From: Felis catus
Taxonomy: Eukaryota
NCBI RefSeq assembly: GCF_018350175.1
Contig: NC_058373.1
Location: forward strand, 111,912,001 to 111,976,000
Direction: 5' to 3'
Length of the DNA stretch: 64,000 nt
Positions within the stretch are counted from its first letter, which is position 1. Every line of letters begins with the position of its first letter. Positions 51,336 to 64,000 of the stretch are shown piece after piece. A program made the position numbers and the translations under genes. The notes below the pieces were generated by a model that saw only the letters and a list, made by a program, of their open reading frames with translations, had not been told where the DNA came from and searched no databases.

Positions 51336-52012
51336 AGAAAGACACAGCATCTGACAATTATTTCACTAAAAATTTTTAAGCTTTTCATTTTGAAATAATC
51401 TGACTTACCAAAAAGTTGCAAATACAGTACATAGAGTTACCACAGAACCTTCATTCACCTTTCCCAAACGTTAATGTTTTACGTAACTACAGTAAAGTGA
51501 TCAAAATCGGGAAATTAACACTGATACCATACTATTAATTAATATAGAGATCTTATTCAAACTTCACCAACTTTTCTTCTCTGGTCCGGGATCTAATCCA
51601 GGACCATGCATTGCACTTAGTTGTCATGTATCCTTAGACTCCTCCTATAATTTAGAACAAATGCTCATTATTTCTCTGTCTTAGATGACTTTGACATTTT
51701 TTAAGAGGACTGGTCAGCTACATTCCAGAATGTTTATTCTAAGTGCATTATATTAGGAAGCACATGATATCAATAATATCTCATTACTGGCTATGTTAAC
51801 TTCAATCACTTGGTTAGGTGATATCTGCCAGGATTCTCCACTCTATTGTTTCTTTTCTAATTAATAACTATATTGTGGGGAACAAAATATCCTGTTTCCC
51901 ACACACTTTAATTTGCTAATTTTATCATCCACTAATGTTCTTGATTATAACAATTATTACTGAGTTGTTTGCCAAAGAGTGATTTTTTAAGATTTCCACC
52001 ATTCCTTCTACA

Positions 52013-52675
<663 letters not shown>

Positions 52676-52815
52676 TCCTTCTACATTTTTAACTGAAATT
52701 CTGTAGTTAGAGCTTTATCTTCTCCCCTAACAATTTATTTATCTACTAAATCATTTATTTATATCAGCATAGACTCACAGATATTTATCTTATTCTATTC
52801 TATCTTATCTTTTTT

Positions 52816-53035
52816 AAAAAAAAATTTTTTTTCAACGTTTATTTATTTTTGGGACAGAGAGAGACAAAGCATGAACGGGGGAGGGGCAGAGGGAGAGGGA
52901 GACACAGAATCGGAAACAGGCTCCAGGCTCTGAGCCATCAGCCCAGAGCCCGACGCGGGGCTCGAACTCACGGACCGCGAGATTGTGACCTGGCTGAAGT
53001 CGGACGCTCAACCGACTGCGCCACCCAGGCGCCCC
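52816..53035 (-). mobile_element. Very young SINEC_Fc
   Basis: CpG-intact body (CCCGACGCGGGGCTCGAACTCACGGACCGCGAG, ACCGACTGCGCCACCCAGGCGCCCC); TSD of about CTTATCTTTTTT. Confidence 0.96.
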
Positions 53036-53040
53036 TTATC

Positions 53041-53157
53041 TTTTTTTTAGATGGAAGTATAGTTGCTATGCAATGTTATATTAATTTCAGGTATACAACA
53101 TAGTGATTCATCAAGTTTATAGGTTATGCTATGCTTACCACAAGTGTAGCTACCATC
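53041..53157 (-). mobile_element. Short carnivore L1 3' end
   Basis: Reverse complement resembles the 47212-47406 element (GTAGCTACACTTGTGG..GCATAGCATAA...TGTTGTATACCTGAAATTAAT). Confidence 0.85.
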
Positions 53158-53789
53158 TTCTATCTTACCTTATTCTACTCTTATTATTTATTTCATTGCT
53201 CAAATTGTCCCAGATCTGGCCAGTGAAAGCTGTTTTTAGTTGGCTCCTCTGTCCTTTCAACATGTCCCCACCATTTTTTGAGCACTTTCTCACTTTCTGA
53301 CACCATAAGATTTCCATGCTTATCCCATCCTTTTTCTAATTTAACCTAGAATGAGCCATTTCTCCAAGGAATGCCAGTTGCTTTTACTAGAGAATGATAT
53401 ACAAAAACAAGGGTGAGCCCTATGTGTGATTATTGCTATTGGGGTGCATCTGTTTTAGGCCCTCTCAGCAGGCAGAGCTAGAAAATCAGTGCATGGGCTC
53501 ATAAACACATACACACATCTAAATTCTATAGTTGTATTAAAAATAGAGACTCAAATCTTAGATTAAGATTGACACACACTAAAGTCTGCTTCCAGGAGGA
53601 AGGATGGAGAAGCAGAATACAACAATGGCTCAACTCCTCAGCCTTCTCAATTCCATGAAGTTGTAAATGTTCTTTCATATACCTTCACATGAAACAATTA
53701 TGCAAAAATAGATTAGTAACATGAGCAAGCTGCCAAGGGTTTCTTCCTGAAAGCTATTTTTCTTTATAGTTTCTATTTACACTATTTAC

Positions 53790-54475
53790 ATAGTTTACAG
53801 AATATTTACATGGGTTCAAAATTCCTTCCCATAAAATACTTATTAATTACAAGGCGAAAGGTAAGCTTTACAGAGAAGCCTGGAAGATACATCCTTCAAC
53901 AAATAATCAAAGATAACATCACCAGTAATAGGACAAGTCAAAATCATGCAGTGGATATGGTAAGAAGCACCAGTACCCCTCTGTGATACTCCTACCAACG
54001 ATGCAGATGCAAGACCAGACTACTCAAGAGGAAACATCAGACAAACCCAAGTTGGGGGAAAGTCTACAAAGTAACTGAACTGTACTATTCAAAAGTATCG
54101 AGGTCACAAAGGAAAGACTGAGAAATTGTTCTAGACTGAGAGACACTAAAGAGAAACACATAAATGCAATATGTGAACCCAAGTTGGATCTTTTTGCTAT
54201 CAAGGGTCTTCTTAATGAAACTGGAAAATCTTGACTGAGGTTTGAGAATTAGATGGTAAAAATGTACCAATGTTAATTTTTCTGAGTTTTATTGTAGTAT
54301 TGTGGTTATGTGGGAGAATATCCTTTTTTGTGGGAAATACCCACTAAAACATTTGGAGTTCATGGAATTATGTCCACAGTTTGCTTTCAAATGCTTTAGG
54401 AAAAGAACAGTTCTTTCTAGTATATCTGCAATTTTTTTATGGTTGAGATTTGCTTTAATTTTTAAAATTAAGTAA
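53790..54475 (+). mobile_element. L1MC4/L1ME-type 3' end
   Basis: AAAATACTTATTAATTACAAG, ATCAAAGATAACATCACCAGTAATAGGACA, GAGGAAACATCAGACAAACCCAAGTTG. Confidence 0.8.
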
Positions 54476-54479
54476 GTAA

Positions 54480-54790
54480 CCAAGAGAAAAATCATGAGAG
54501 AAAAGATTTTTGAAAAGTTATACGTTTAGCCCAGGAAATCCAACATCCAAATACTACAAGCTCCAGAAAGACTAAACAGAGTAAACAGAGGGGGACAAAA
54601 TTATCAAAGAAGTGTAATAGGAGAAAATGTCTGAGGTGTTTTTCCTACAGGATACCATTTCTCAGATTAAAGGCCCCACCAAGCACTTACTACAATAAAT
54701 GGAAAAAACCAAGGCATATCATCATGAGACTTTAGACATAAAAGAAGATGCAAAGAATTTCTGGGAGTTGGGGGGAGAAGTCACATACTC
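54480..54790 (+). mobile_element. Old L1/HAL1 ORF1-region remnant
   Basis: TCCAACATCCAAATACTACAAGCTCCAGAAAGA, CTCAGATTAAAGGCCCCACCAAGCAC, AAGGCATATCATCATGA resemble degenerate ORF1. Confidence 0.5.
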
Positions 54791-56751
54791 TTTATGAAGC
54801 CATTTTTGAAAAGTAGAGCATTCCCCTTTGCCAAGCCGCAAATCAATAAAATTCTTTTTATAAAGACAGTGAATGAAATGTTCAGAGCTAGAAGAGACAC
54901 ACATCAGTCAAAAGGGGCTTTTCAACAAAATCCTTCCATTTTCTACCCAAGATAATGTTAAATTGTAATCAGAAAATACTCAAACTAGTTTCTCAGCCCT
55001 TTCCTTTAATGAGATTGCCTCTTGAATGGTGCCAAATGTTAGAGCAGAGATTTGAGACCCACCTGCTGCTTGTCCTGGGAAGGCTGAATGAAAGAGGGTA
55101 AGGCCATCCTACACAGAACATAAGAGGATACAGCAAATAAAGGTCCAAGGATAAGGTGCGTGGGCACCAGTTGCTCACTGCTGCTCTCCTGGAGGTGAAC
55201 AGCCTTGTCCATTTCCACCCAAAGATGTCTAACAGGGATGCCATCCAATCACAACTTGTTCTTTGCACAACATGCCCAACATACACGGCAGCTCTGGGCA
55301 TTTGGCCTAACCTGGTCTTCATCTGGTATGCTGAACCAGAAGCAGGTCAGGTGGCCCTTCTGGCTTCTTCCCTGAGACTTACATCCTGACTGAAGCCTCA
55401 AATTCTGGCTGCTCTGCTGGTGAGAAGAAGCACCAGACACACACAAGAAAAGAGGGCATTTCTCTCTCAGGCTTTGGACAGCTGGTCTAAGCCTGTTCAT
55501 GCTTTCCTCTTGCCTCCTGCCCCACTTTTGTTCCTGCATGCAGTACATGAGCAGGGGGCTGGCCTTCCAACCAAGAGGCTGTCCCGGGCCCACAGCTTCT
55601 GGAAAGAAGGTCATAGGAACTTTCTCTTAAATTAATCCAGCGGGGAGGAAGAAGAGGACAGCAGGAAGAAGGGAGCCCAAAAGCATAACTAAGGAAAATA
55701 TTACAAAAGAAGGACAATTCCCTAGAAAGCAGAATTTTTAACTTCTTTCCTTCTCCCCCAGATCCTACCCACTCTTTAAGCCAAATCAGTGGTCCTCAAG
55801 CCAGTCAAAACCAGGGTGTAGGACTGACTGTGGAGACTTTGCCTCCCCTAGAGGCTGGAATGTGATGCCACAGCCATCAAGAGCCAAGCTATGCATTGGT
55901 GGCCATCAGAGGAACTGAATGGTGCCAAGTAGAACACAGAGGCCACCAGCAACAGTGCCAGGGAAGAGAGACACTTGGGGTCCCAGCAGTCCCATTGTCT
56001 GAGAACTCATTGTCAAACATGGTTTCTGTTATCATTCTAATTGTTACACTTTTTGAATGTCCTTCTTAAGGTTAGTGTGGCCCCGGGGAAGCAGAGGTTA
56101 CAATGCAGAAGGGTCCAGATGCATCAGTCCCATCCGGATGACAATCTTTTGAGACACAGCCCCCGTAGCTCCCCATTGCCATGAGAAGTGCATAAGACTT
56201 GTCAACAGCGTGTCAGTCCCTTTGGACAGCTCCAGGGTCTTCGCCTCATCATTGTGACACAGAACATCCATTAAATTTATCTGTACACCAAGAGAATTTA
56301 GACTCAGCATTCATGAAGCCTCTGCTCTTTCTATCTGCCCTCAAGCAATCCGCATCATTGAAAAGAAATCATTCCTGATTCCAGCAAGTAGGTTTTGAAA
56401 TTTTCTATCCATCTTCAGTTATTCTTAACCATTCTCCTTCTTGCCCTGTGACCTGACTGGGAGCAGCCTTGAGGGCCCACACCCCCATATAACCCATCAG
56501 CCATCAGGAATGCAGTAAGTTTTGTCTTGAGCTAATTTCAGTCCAAATTTGAGAGCCTTTGGTTATCTTAGAAAGTTCTGAGTCACTTGTCAGGAGTCTC
56601 AAGTTTAGGCTCCCATTGCAGAGACATTACTGCTTCCTTAGTTACAATAAAACTCTTCCAGTTGGCCAGTGTCTAATTAGGCACTAATTAGAGTGAATTC
56701 TCACCTACCAAGTATAGGACTCAGTCAGGTCTCCTTCCTTCCCTATGCCTG

Positions 56752-56988
56752 TGAGCTATGGAGCCAGACTGCCCATTCAAATCTTGACTCTGCTACTTCT
56801 TAGCTCTCCCTTTGAGCAAACCTCTGAGCAAATGCCTCAGTTTCCACATCTGAGAGATGTAAGTAATAATGGTTTATTACCTGTGATGTTATTGTGAGGA
56901 GTAAATGAGTTACTATATGCAGAACAGATAGCACACTATGTGGCATCATTAAGTACTCTATAAATAATAGCTGCTATTACTATTATTA
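56752..56988 (+). mobile_element. MIR
   Basis: GGAGCCAGACTGCCC.TTCAAATC...GCCTCAGTTTCCACATCTG...GTTATTGTGAGGAGTAAATGAGTT. Confidence 0.88.
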
Positions 56989-57820
56989 CATAACTTTGGC
57001 CCAATTTGGGAAAAAGTGTTCATCTCAAAGTGCTATATGAGTACTTACATCATCCCTAAAAGACAATAAAAAGAAATCACATTACCCCCCAAAACCAGAA
57101 CAATAGCTTACTTTCTAATATGGATACTTTGTAAGCAAGTTATTTTGATAAACCACTGCCACAGTGCTTATGGGCCTTTAAGCCCAGTGAAGCTTCTGAG
57201 TTAACAGTAACATTCAGAAACAAAGAAATTTTTTCACTTCTCTAGACCTGTTTCTCCAATTCCATACCCTCTCTGACATCTCCATCTGAGTTTAGCCTCC
57301 AGGGAAACAAGCTTAGTCTGACCTGGTCAGAGCTGATGGCAGGAAACAGCGCTGATGTGCAGGAAGAATCACATGGGGTTTTAGTCCTGGATGCTGGTGT
57401 ATCCCTCCCTAGAAGACTAAGTCCAATCCCATCTAAGCTCCCCTTGGTGCTGCTGGATGTTTGCAGCTCTTAAAGAGACAGTAGGTTACAAAGGAGCTTC
57501 TGACTGAATGTGAGGTTCTTTGTGGCCTTGGTTTCCAGGGGTTTGGGAACATGTGGCGAGAAGCAGAATTAGGCTTTATTCTCAAAGAAAGGATTAACTT
57601 CAGATCCAGTTTTACCACTTGTTTGAGACAGGGCTAGCTTCACTGTCCTGCTAAACCAGGATGAGAGGGATCAAGAAAATGGCGCTCTAGGAAGGCTAAT
57701 CTTCCATTTCTGTGCAAGGTGGACTAGAGAACATAGATCCAAAGACGGGAAATGGTCCAGGAGGAAGACAAACAGGACTAGGCCAGGTAACACCAGCCAT
57801 AAGCATGTAAAGGAAAGAAT

Positions 57821-57921
57821 GGTTTTCAGTCCATTCAGTCTGCTATAACAAAATACCACAGACTTGGTAGCTTATAAACAAGAAACATTTATTGCCCACA
57901 GTACTGGAGGCAGGAAGTCCA
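57821..57921 (-). mobile_element. MLT1A/MST-like LTR end fragment
   Basis: AGTCCATTCAGTCTGCTATAACAAAATACCACAGACTTGGTAGCTTATAAACAAGAAACATTTATT. Confidence 0.8.
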
Positions 57922-58977
57922 TTATTCTGCATACTGACGATATGTAGCTTTGTGTGTCACATAGGAGGCCACAGATGTGCTACCAGGTGAATAATTCGGA
58001 TGCTGGTGCTTGCTCAAAAGAGTCAAAGTTTAATTTAAACACAAAATAAGTGTAGTTGACACTTTATAATACTGAAACAGTTTCCCTTGTTTGTGAGCTC
58101 TCTAAGCCTTTCCATACTCTCTCTGTCTCTTCTCTTTCTGGTCATTTTCCAGTTTATTTATTTTCCTCTTCTGTTTGAAGAACATAAGACAAAATTACCA
58201 AGAGGAAGATGTTTGCTTTTGGGAGAGGGCTGAGGTCTTCGCTAGGTTAGACATTTGGTGAATCCATTGGCTCTGTGTTCTACATTAGGGTTGGATAAAT
58301 GAGAATTGGCTTCAGGCAGGGGTGGAAAGAGGGAAGCTATCAGAGTACCTGGTGAGAAATTGAATTCAGAGAGAGGGAATGAAGTGGAATATGTTCCTTT
58401 CAGTCCCATTGATCTTTCTTTCCATCAAAGCATCTCCTCCAGGCTTCAGTTAAGGATATAGAATTATAGGAATTAGATATGTTACCCTATCTACAATGAT
58501 GGCAGGATCATTTGTCAATGAAAAAAATTCAATTGGAGAGTTTCTGGAACACTCTTTATGCTTGACTTGTTTTTGAGACCTTTTTAATTGGATTTGAGTC
58601 TTTTGTTTCTTTGGACAAAGTCATTAACCCCTGTTTCACCGGGCTGAAAGAAGAAATGAAAGGTAGTTGACCGTCTAGGAGCCCTGACATACGTAGATGC
58701 TGAATCTGGGTCAAGGCCTTGAGACCATTTGTGAGATCGCAAACCATAGTATCCTCCACTAGTCCTCCTGTCCTAAGTCTTTTGTGGAGAGTGGTTGGCA
58801 ACACCTTGAAGTCCTTGTGACAAATGGGACTTAACGCAGAAATCACTAAATCTGCACAGGGCAAGGCAGTACTAGTCCTTGCGTCTTGCCTCACTTCTTC
58901 CTGGCCCACATCCCCTACTGCCATTGCCATGGTAACCAGCTTTGCACAGGGATCAGCTGAGAGCATTGTGCCTCAGT

Positions 58978-59337
58978 TGTGCTGTGTCTCCGGGTTTCTT
59001 GGACACAACAGCATGCAGTCCAGCCAGGATCTGCAAGGAAGTTAACAACTCACAGCACAATACCGAAGTACTCGATGGATGTTCCTCCCTTCTGTCACTT
59101 AAACAGACAATTCTGGGCACATTCTGCATGACTCCTCACAGCAGCCCAGTGGGGCTGAGTCCCAGTAGCCTGCAGGAGTGACTCAGTCAAGAACACCACC
59201 TCTAGTGCCCTTCCCACCTTCTCTGTTGCAAGCTTTCCAGTCTCCACCCCTGTGCCCCAGAAATCATTTCCCCAAATTGGCTGCCCACACTAAAGGTCTT
59301 GACTCAGCCTTTCTCTGAGAAAACGCAGGCTAAAACA
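58978..59337 (+). mobile_element. LTR16-like ERVL LTR
   Basis: GACAATTCTGGGCACATTCTGCATGACTCCTCA...GGGCTGAGTCCCAGTAGCC...ATCATTTCCCAAATT...AGGCTAAAACA; 5' boundary uncertain. Confidence 0.7.
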
Positions 59338-60099
59338 TACACCTGGGGGAGGTGGAGGAGGAACTGCAGACAACCACAAAGAGGAATATGCAGGTAAATA
59401 GAGACTGCAAAAAAATCACAAAGGAGAAAGGTCAGAGGAGATAAGCTTCATATTCCAAGACCAATCAAATCCTAGGACAGTTTCTGGCTCAGAGAGGCAG
59501 CATTGAGTTTGAAGTGGGAAGGAGAGGCCAGTGAGGAATGTGGGTGGGGAGGGAAAACCGTCCAGAAAACCATTACAATCCACACCACTCACCACCCCTA
59601 CCTTCCCTCCACCCAGATTGCACAGCCATATCTCCAAGCATCTCTGCTGCAGAAAGGACCACACATGGCAGAGCCGAGGACCCCTCCAGGGTAAGGCATC
59701 CTCCTAGAGGAGGCAGTCTGAAGGGCCAGGGCATAGATGTGGATGGGCTGAGCCACACACTTCAGGGAGAACTGAAATCCAAGCTTGGGAGACAGGGCCA
59801 GCTTCCAGGGGCAGGAGCAGACTCATAAATAAGAGACCAAGTCAGGGATTCTAGGGCAAGCAGAAACAGGAGTAGAATGGGAACAGGAGGGAAATATCTG
59901 TGCACCGGCAGGGACAACTCCTATCTATGACTCTCCTTGGCTGCATGTGACTCCCTCAAGGGTACAGAGAAGGATGGCTCAGGGTCAGTGACACAAAGGA
60001 AAAGCAGTCAGTCCTGCCAGGGTGGTAAGGACTGATAACAGCTCAGTGCACTGTTCCAAAGGTATTTGCACTTTAATGCAGTATCCCTTGAAGACCTTT

Positions 60100-60230
60100 T
60101 ATCCAACCAATATTTATTGAGCACCTATCATGTGCTGGGTGCTGTTGTAGGCACAACAGCGAACAGAACTAATGGAGCACAGTCTCGTAGGGGAGACACG
60201 ATGACTTAGTGTAAATAAATGATGCTGAAA
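60100..60230 (-). mobile_element. L2 3' end fragment
   Basis: ATCCAACCAATATTTATTGAGCACCTATCATGTGCTGGGTGCTGTTGTAGGCAC. Confidence 0.75.
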
Positions 60231-61489
60231 GAATTCCAAGCAGAGGCAGGAACATGGCGGGGGGCGGGGGGTGCTGTCCTGGTGTCCCTCAAACCATACC
60301 CCAACAATCACTGCTTAGCTACTGGTAAAACTGGCCCAACTTTAAGCCCTGTAAATAGAAACTAAACCTACAGCATCACTGAATCATCATGATGAAAAGT
60401 GAAGTGTCTCAGAAATAGCACAAGGGGAGGGGTGGGTCCTGAGACAGGATGACAAAAGTAGGCCCACCCATGAGCTAACAGAGAGTAGGTGTTAGTCAGA
60501 GTCCATAGGCCTACTCATGAAGTCTGCACCTCGCCCTCCTTGTGGTTGAAGGGGAGTTCCTTTGACATGGATGAGTCAGGATTCACAGATAAGGAGACTC
60601 TGGTGAGCCTTATTCCCTCTGTTCAGGTTAAGCTCCTTTCCCTACACCATGAGTCTTCACCTATGGCAGGCGTAGGTGGGAGGAAATGAGGAGAAGTAGG
60701 TACAGCCTCAGAATGTGCCCCCAGGGTTCTGCTGAGGCTCCAAGCCCAATCCTTCTTTTGGGCCTTCCCTGTGTCTTCTTGGCTCTAGCATCGACACCCA
60801 TCCTGCATAATTGGTCTCATTTTTCCTAAGTCACACAGTGCACAGGCTCTATAGAGGGCTCTGTGCTTACCCTGGTCACAGAGTGGCTGTATTGCTTGCT
60901 GCCCTGAGCCGGTGTCCCAGGGATGAGTGCCAGGTGACCCCTGAACTATAGCCTTTCCCTCAGCCTCCTCCATGTTTACCTGCTCCCTAATCTGGTCTTG
61001 TTTCTAGTTGCTCTGGTTCCAGCAACCAGCTCCCTTAGCTGCATGAGGAAACCTTACCTGTCCCCTGTTTTTCATTACCCCCTGGAGTCCTCTTCCAAAG
61101 AGAGGAATCACTCGTAACCACAATGCTGCCACTGCAGACCCCAAGTACCATTCAAGGTACCTGGCTACTCCTGATGCCATACCTCATCCCTCAAAGTCAC
61201 TCTGAGTGAGCAGTCTGAGTGGCTAGGCTAGTTCAGATGATGTCGTTTCAGTGACCTTTTCCTGGCTCTTCCTTCTGCTCAGCTCATTCCCAGCCTGACT
61301 CATGCTGAGCAGCATGGATTTAGATAGCAATGACGCTTCTGGCCAGGAAACGAATATATTTATTTGTATATTATATACACACATATATATAATATGAGAT
61401 ATATAGATATAAACAAGTGAAACCTTTTCCTAATATAAAGATCGAAGGCTTTGCAATGGTTTTAAATTACCCTATTTTCCATAGCAAAG

Positions 61490-61491
<2 letters not shown>

Positions 61492-61529
<38 letters not shown>
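61492..61529. repeat. (AC)19 microsatellite
   Basis: Directly visible. Confidence 0.97.
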
Positions 61530-61531
<2 letters not shown>

Positions 61532-61991
61532 CATATCCTAAATATAAGTTCAGAGGGTGTGAAACTGCATCTCATTTACTATATAATGAAACACTCTAAT
61601 GATACTCTTAGAAATAATGCCTTTTCTCTGAACCACTTTTCTTTTTAGTATGTAATGTACGTTATCACCACAATTTTCATCTGTTTTTCAGAAATACTCT
61701 GCAAAATCCATTTTTCTTGTTGTGAAACTAAACCCAAAGAGCAGGGATTCCTGTCTACATTGTTAACAAGTATTTTGAGATTTCTTTAGAAATGCGTAAC
61801 TCCACAGAACTGAGCATACAGACCTACAACAAGATGTTGAAAAGGTGTCACATCAGTAAGGGTGCCTTCCGGGCTTTAAATGGGCAGGGGTTCCTACCCT
61901 CAGAAATCTTTGCTTTGCTGGTTATCTGAGACCAAAAAAAGTTATAAAGGCAAAACCATTAACAAAGCAAACAACCAACAAATAATTTTTA

Positions 61992-62492
61992 CATCGATCA
62001 GGACTTGCCTTTCAGTTGAAGTGACCAAATACAACTCAAAATAACTCAAGCAGAGAAAACCTGGGGAGAGTGGACAGTGGGGGATCAGGTTCCAACACAC
62101 CCAAGTTTAGGAACTCACCGGGAAGTTCTCTCCCTCAGCTCTACTTCTTTCGGTGTGATAGCTTCATTCTCTCTGACTAAAGAAAAATCTTAGTTGTAGA
62201 AAATTCTAACCATCATCCCAATACATTCCAAAAAGCCCAGAGAAGGACTCTGCATGGTCCTGCTTCAGACACATGCCCATACATGTCCAATAACTTTGAC
62301 CTGAGGGTGGAGCACTGATTGATCGGACTTGGGTCACATGCCCACACCCATGGCTTAATGGAGCAGAGCATCATGAATAATTGTCCCACCAGCATCACAC
62401 AATATAGAAAAATGGGCATTTCCCTAAGGAAAGGGAGCACTGAAAGAAGGATGGAGGGGAAACTAGGCAGACAAAACCATAGATACCTACTT
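61992..62492 (-). mobile_element. MLT1K/L-like old LTR
   Basis: TTCAGTTGAAGTGACCAAATACAACTCAAA, GATTGATCGGACTTGGGTCACATGCCCACACCC, AGGCAGACAAAACC. Confidence 0.65.
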
Positions 62493-64000
62493 CAAAATTT
62501 AATGAGTTGGTTTTCCTCAACTTAGACTTAACCTCTTAACAGTTTCTCCTGGTCTCATAAAAGTGGAAAAGAGAATTTATCTATATTCATCTATATACAC
62601 AGACAGAAGAATGAAGAGAGACCCAGAGAATGCTCAAAAATCTACCAGTTGGCATTACACAGAGAAATCTCTGCTTCTGGAGAATGAGCCAGGTCAGAGG
62701 TGATGGATTCAAGCAGGAAAACTCATGTCCTGCAGGACCATTCAGGGGCAAGTGGAAGAAGTGTTTGTCAACACTGTGAAACCACAGCAGAGTCAGGCAG
62801 AGTTCAGGGGGAAAGCTGCCATCACCACCCCACCGTGACCAATCCAATGCAGACAACTACCTCATGCAGCCCAGCATGACCACATCTACCCACCTCCACT
62901 GAGCACTGTAGCTCCCTTGGCCCATCTTCTTCCCATTCTCTGCTAACCAGGATTTAACTATCCATTTGGATTCTGCTTTCTTGCTTCTGTTCCACCAGGC
63001 TTGGATTTCATAATTTGGCTGACACTTGCAAAAATAGTTTTAAGGAACCTTCCCACCCTACTAAAGTAATTATGTGCTTCTAGCTCCTCCTTAAACTCCC
63101 CAAATCCTTGTTCTGGAAAAACAGAACTTAATCACCCTTTCCAGTCTTATCCCTACTATTTTCTTCATAAATACTTCTTTCAAAGCACTACACTTTAAAT
63201 TATGGTTCTTCAACTAGTTTTTTACATCTTAGTCTTTGGGCTTTTGCCTGTGTTATTCTCGTTTCTTGGTGGTTATTTCTCCATCAAAATTCCAGTCATT
63301 CTTCAAATTTACCTCAAAAACAACTTTCCTCATGGAGACTCCTACTGCTCCCTCAGTGGGAAAAGATTGCCATCACTGGTATTAGAATCTGGTGTTGGAA
63401 TCAAGCTATTTTAAATAGCTTTCAAGTATGAGATTCTTCTACTTGTCTGATACTCTGTCACCACTTTTTGAAAGTGATTTCATTAAACTCTGGCCAGAAA
63501 AATCAAAACATGGTCTGGGTCTAAAGAAAGTATTACTTTTTGGATTTTTTGTGAGAATTTAGGATTTAGAGGGGACTGTGAATGTGCCATGCAAAATATG
63601 AGCCTTCGTCTCATAAGCTTAGGGTAGCAAATTTATGTGAATCTATGAATCTCAGAACATATCAAATGTGTGAGGATCTGATACTATAAGGGTTCCTCAT
63701 TTGAAATTTGGAGATTTTGCTATCAGACTTCATAAACTACAGTACCTACTGATAACTACCTTCATTAGAAGTTTAGCCAGAAAAAGACATAAACTATGTT
63801 CCAAGGGAATCCAATATACAAATAAGTTCCTAGAAATTCTAAGTCTTGTGATAGAGCGTGCACACTAGCAGCCAGAGCTTATGAGACATGTAAACAGCTT
63901 CTAAAATATGCTTCTCCTTTATAAAATTGCCCTAACTTAACATAGATTCATTTTCGAAATTGTCTCTACACCAGAGCTTCCTACTTGTTAGTATTCTGTT

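Overview
Mammalian non-coding DNA, almost certainly from a felid (cat family), judged by several Can-SINE copies of the feliform SINEC_Fc type. I found no credible protein-coding gene, RNA gene or CpG-island promoter, so the window looks intergenic or deep-intronic. The supplied ORFs are chance frames or translations of repeats. The window is rich in transposon fossils: L2, MIR, L1MB/MC/ME, carnivore L1, MLT1, LTR16/LTR33, MER5A/MER20/MER58, Tigger and about ten Can-SINEs, many with readable target-site duplications (TSDs). Subfamily names are recognised from memory and not from a database search. The most notable observations are five. (1) An ancient local duplication (about 9839-10891 vs 13554-14850) in which each copy later gained its own MLT1A-type LTR at a different site, so each copy keeps the other's empty site. 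(2) A decayed Tigger/pogo transposase frame missed by the ORF track, nested as L1MC > Tigger > SINE. (3) Three old repeats with local AT-to-GC/CpG gain, suggestive of GC-biased gene conversion. (4) A pair of very young inverted SINEs, one of which re-used the insertion site of an older L1 fragment. (5) An 81-bp perfectly alternating purine-pyrimidine tract. I did not find evidence for a new biological system.
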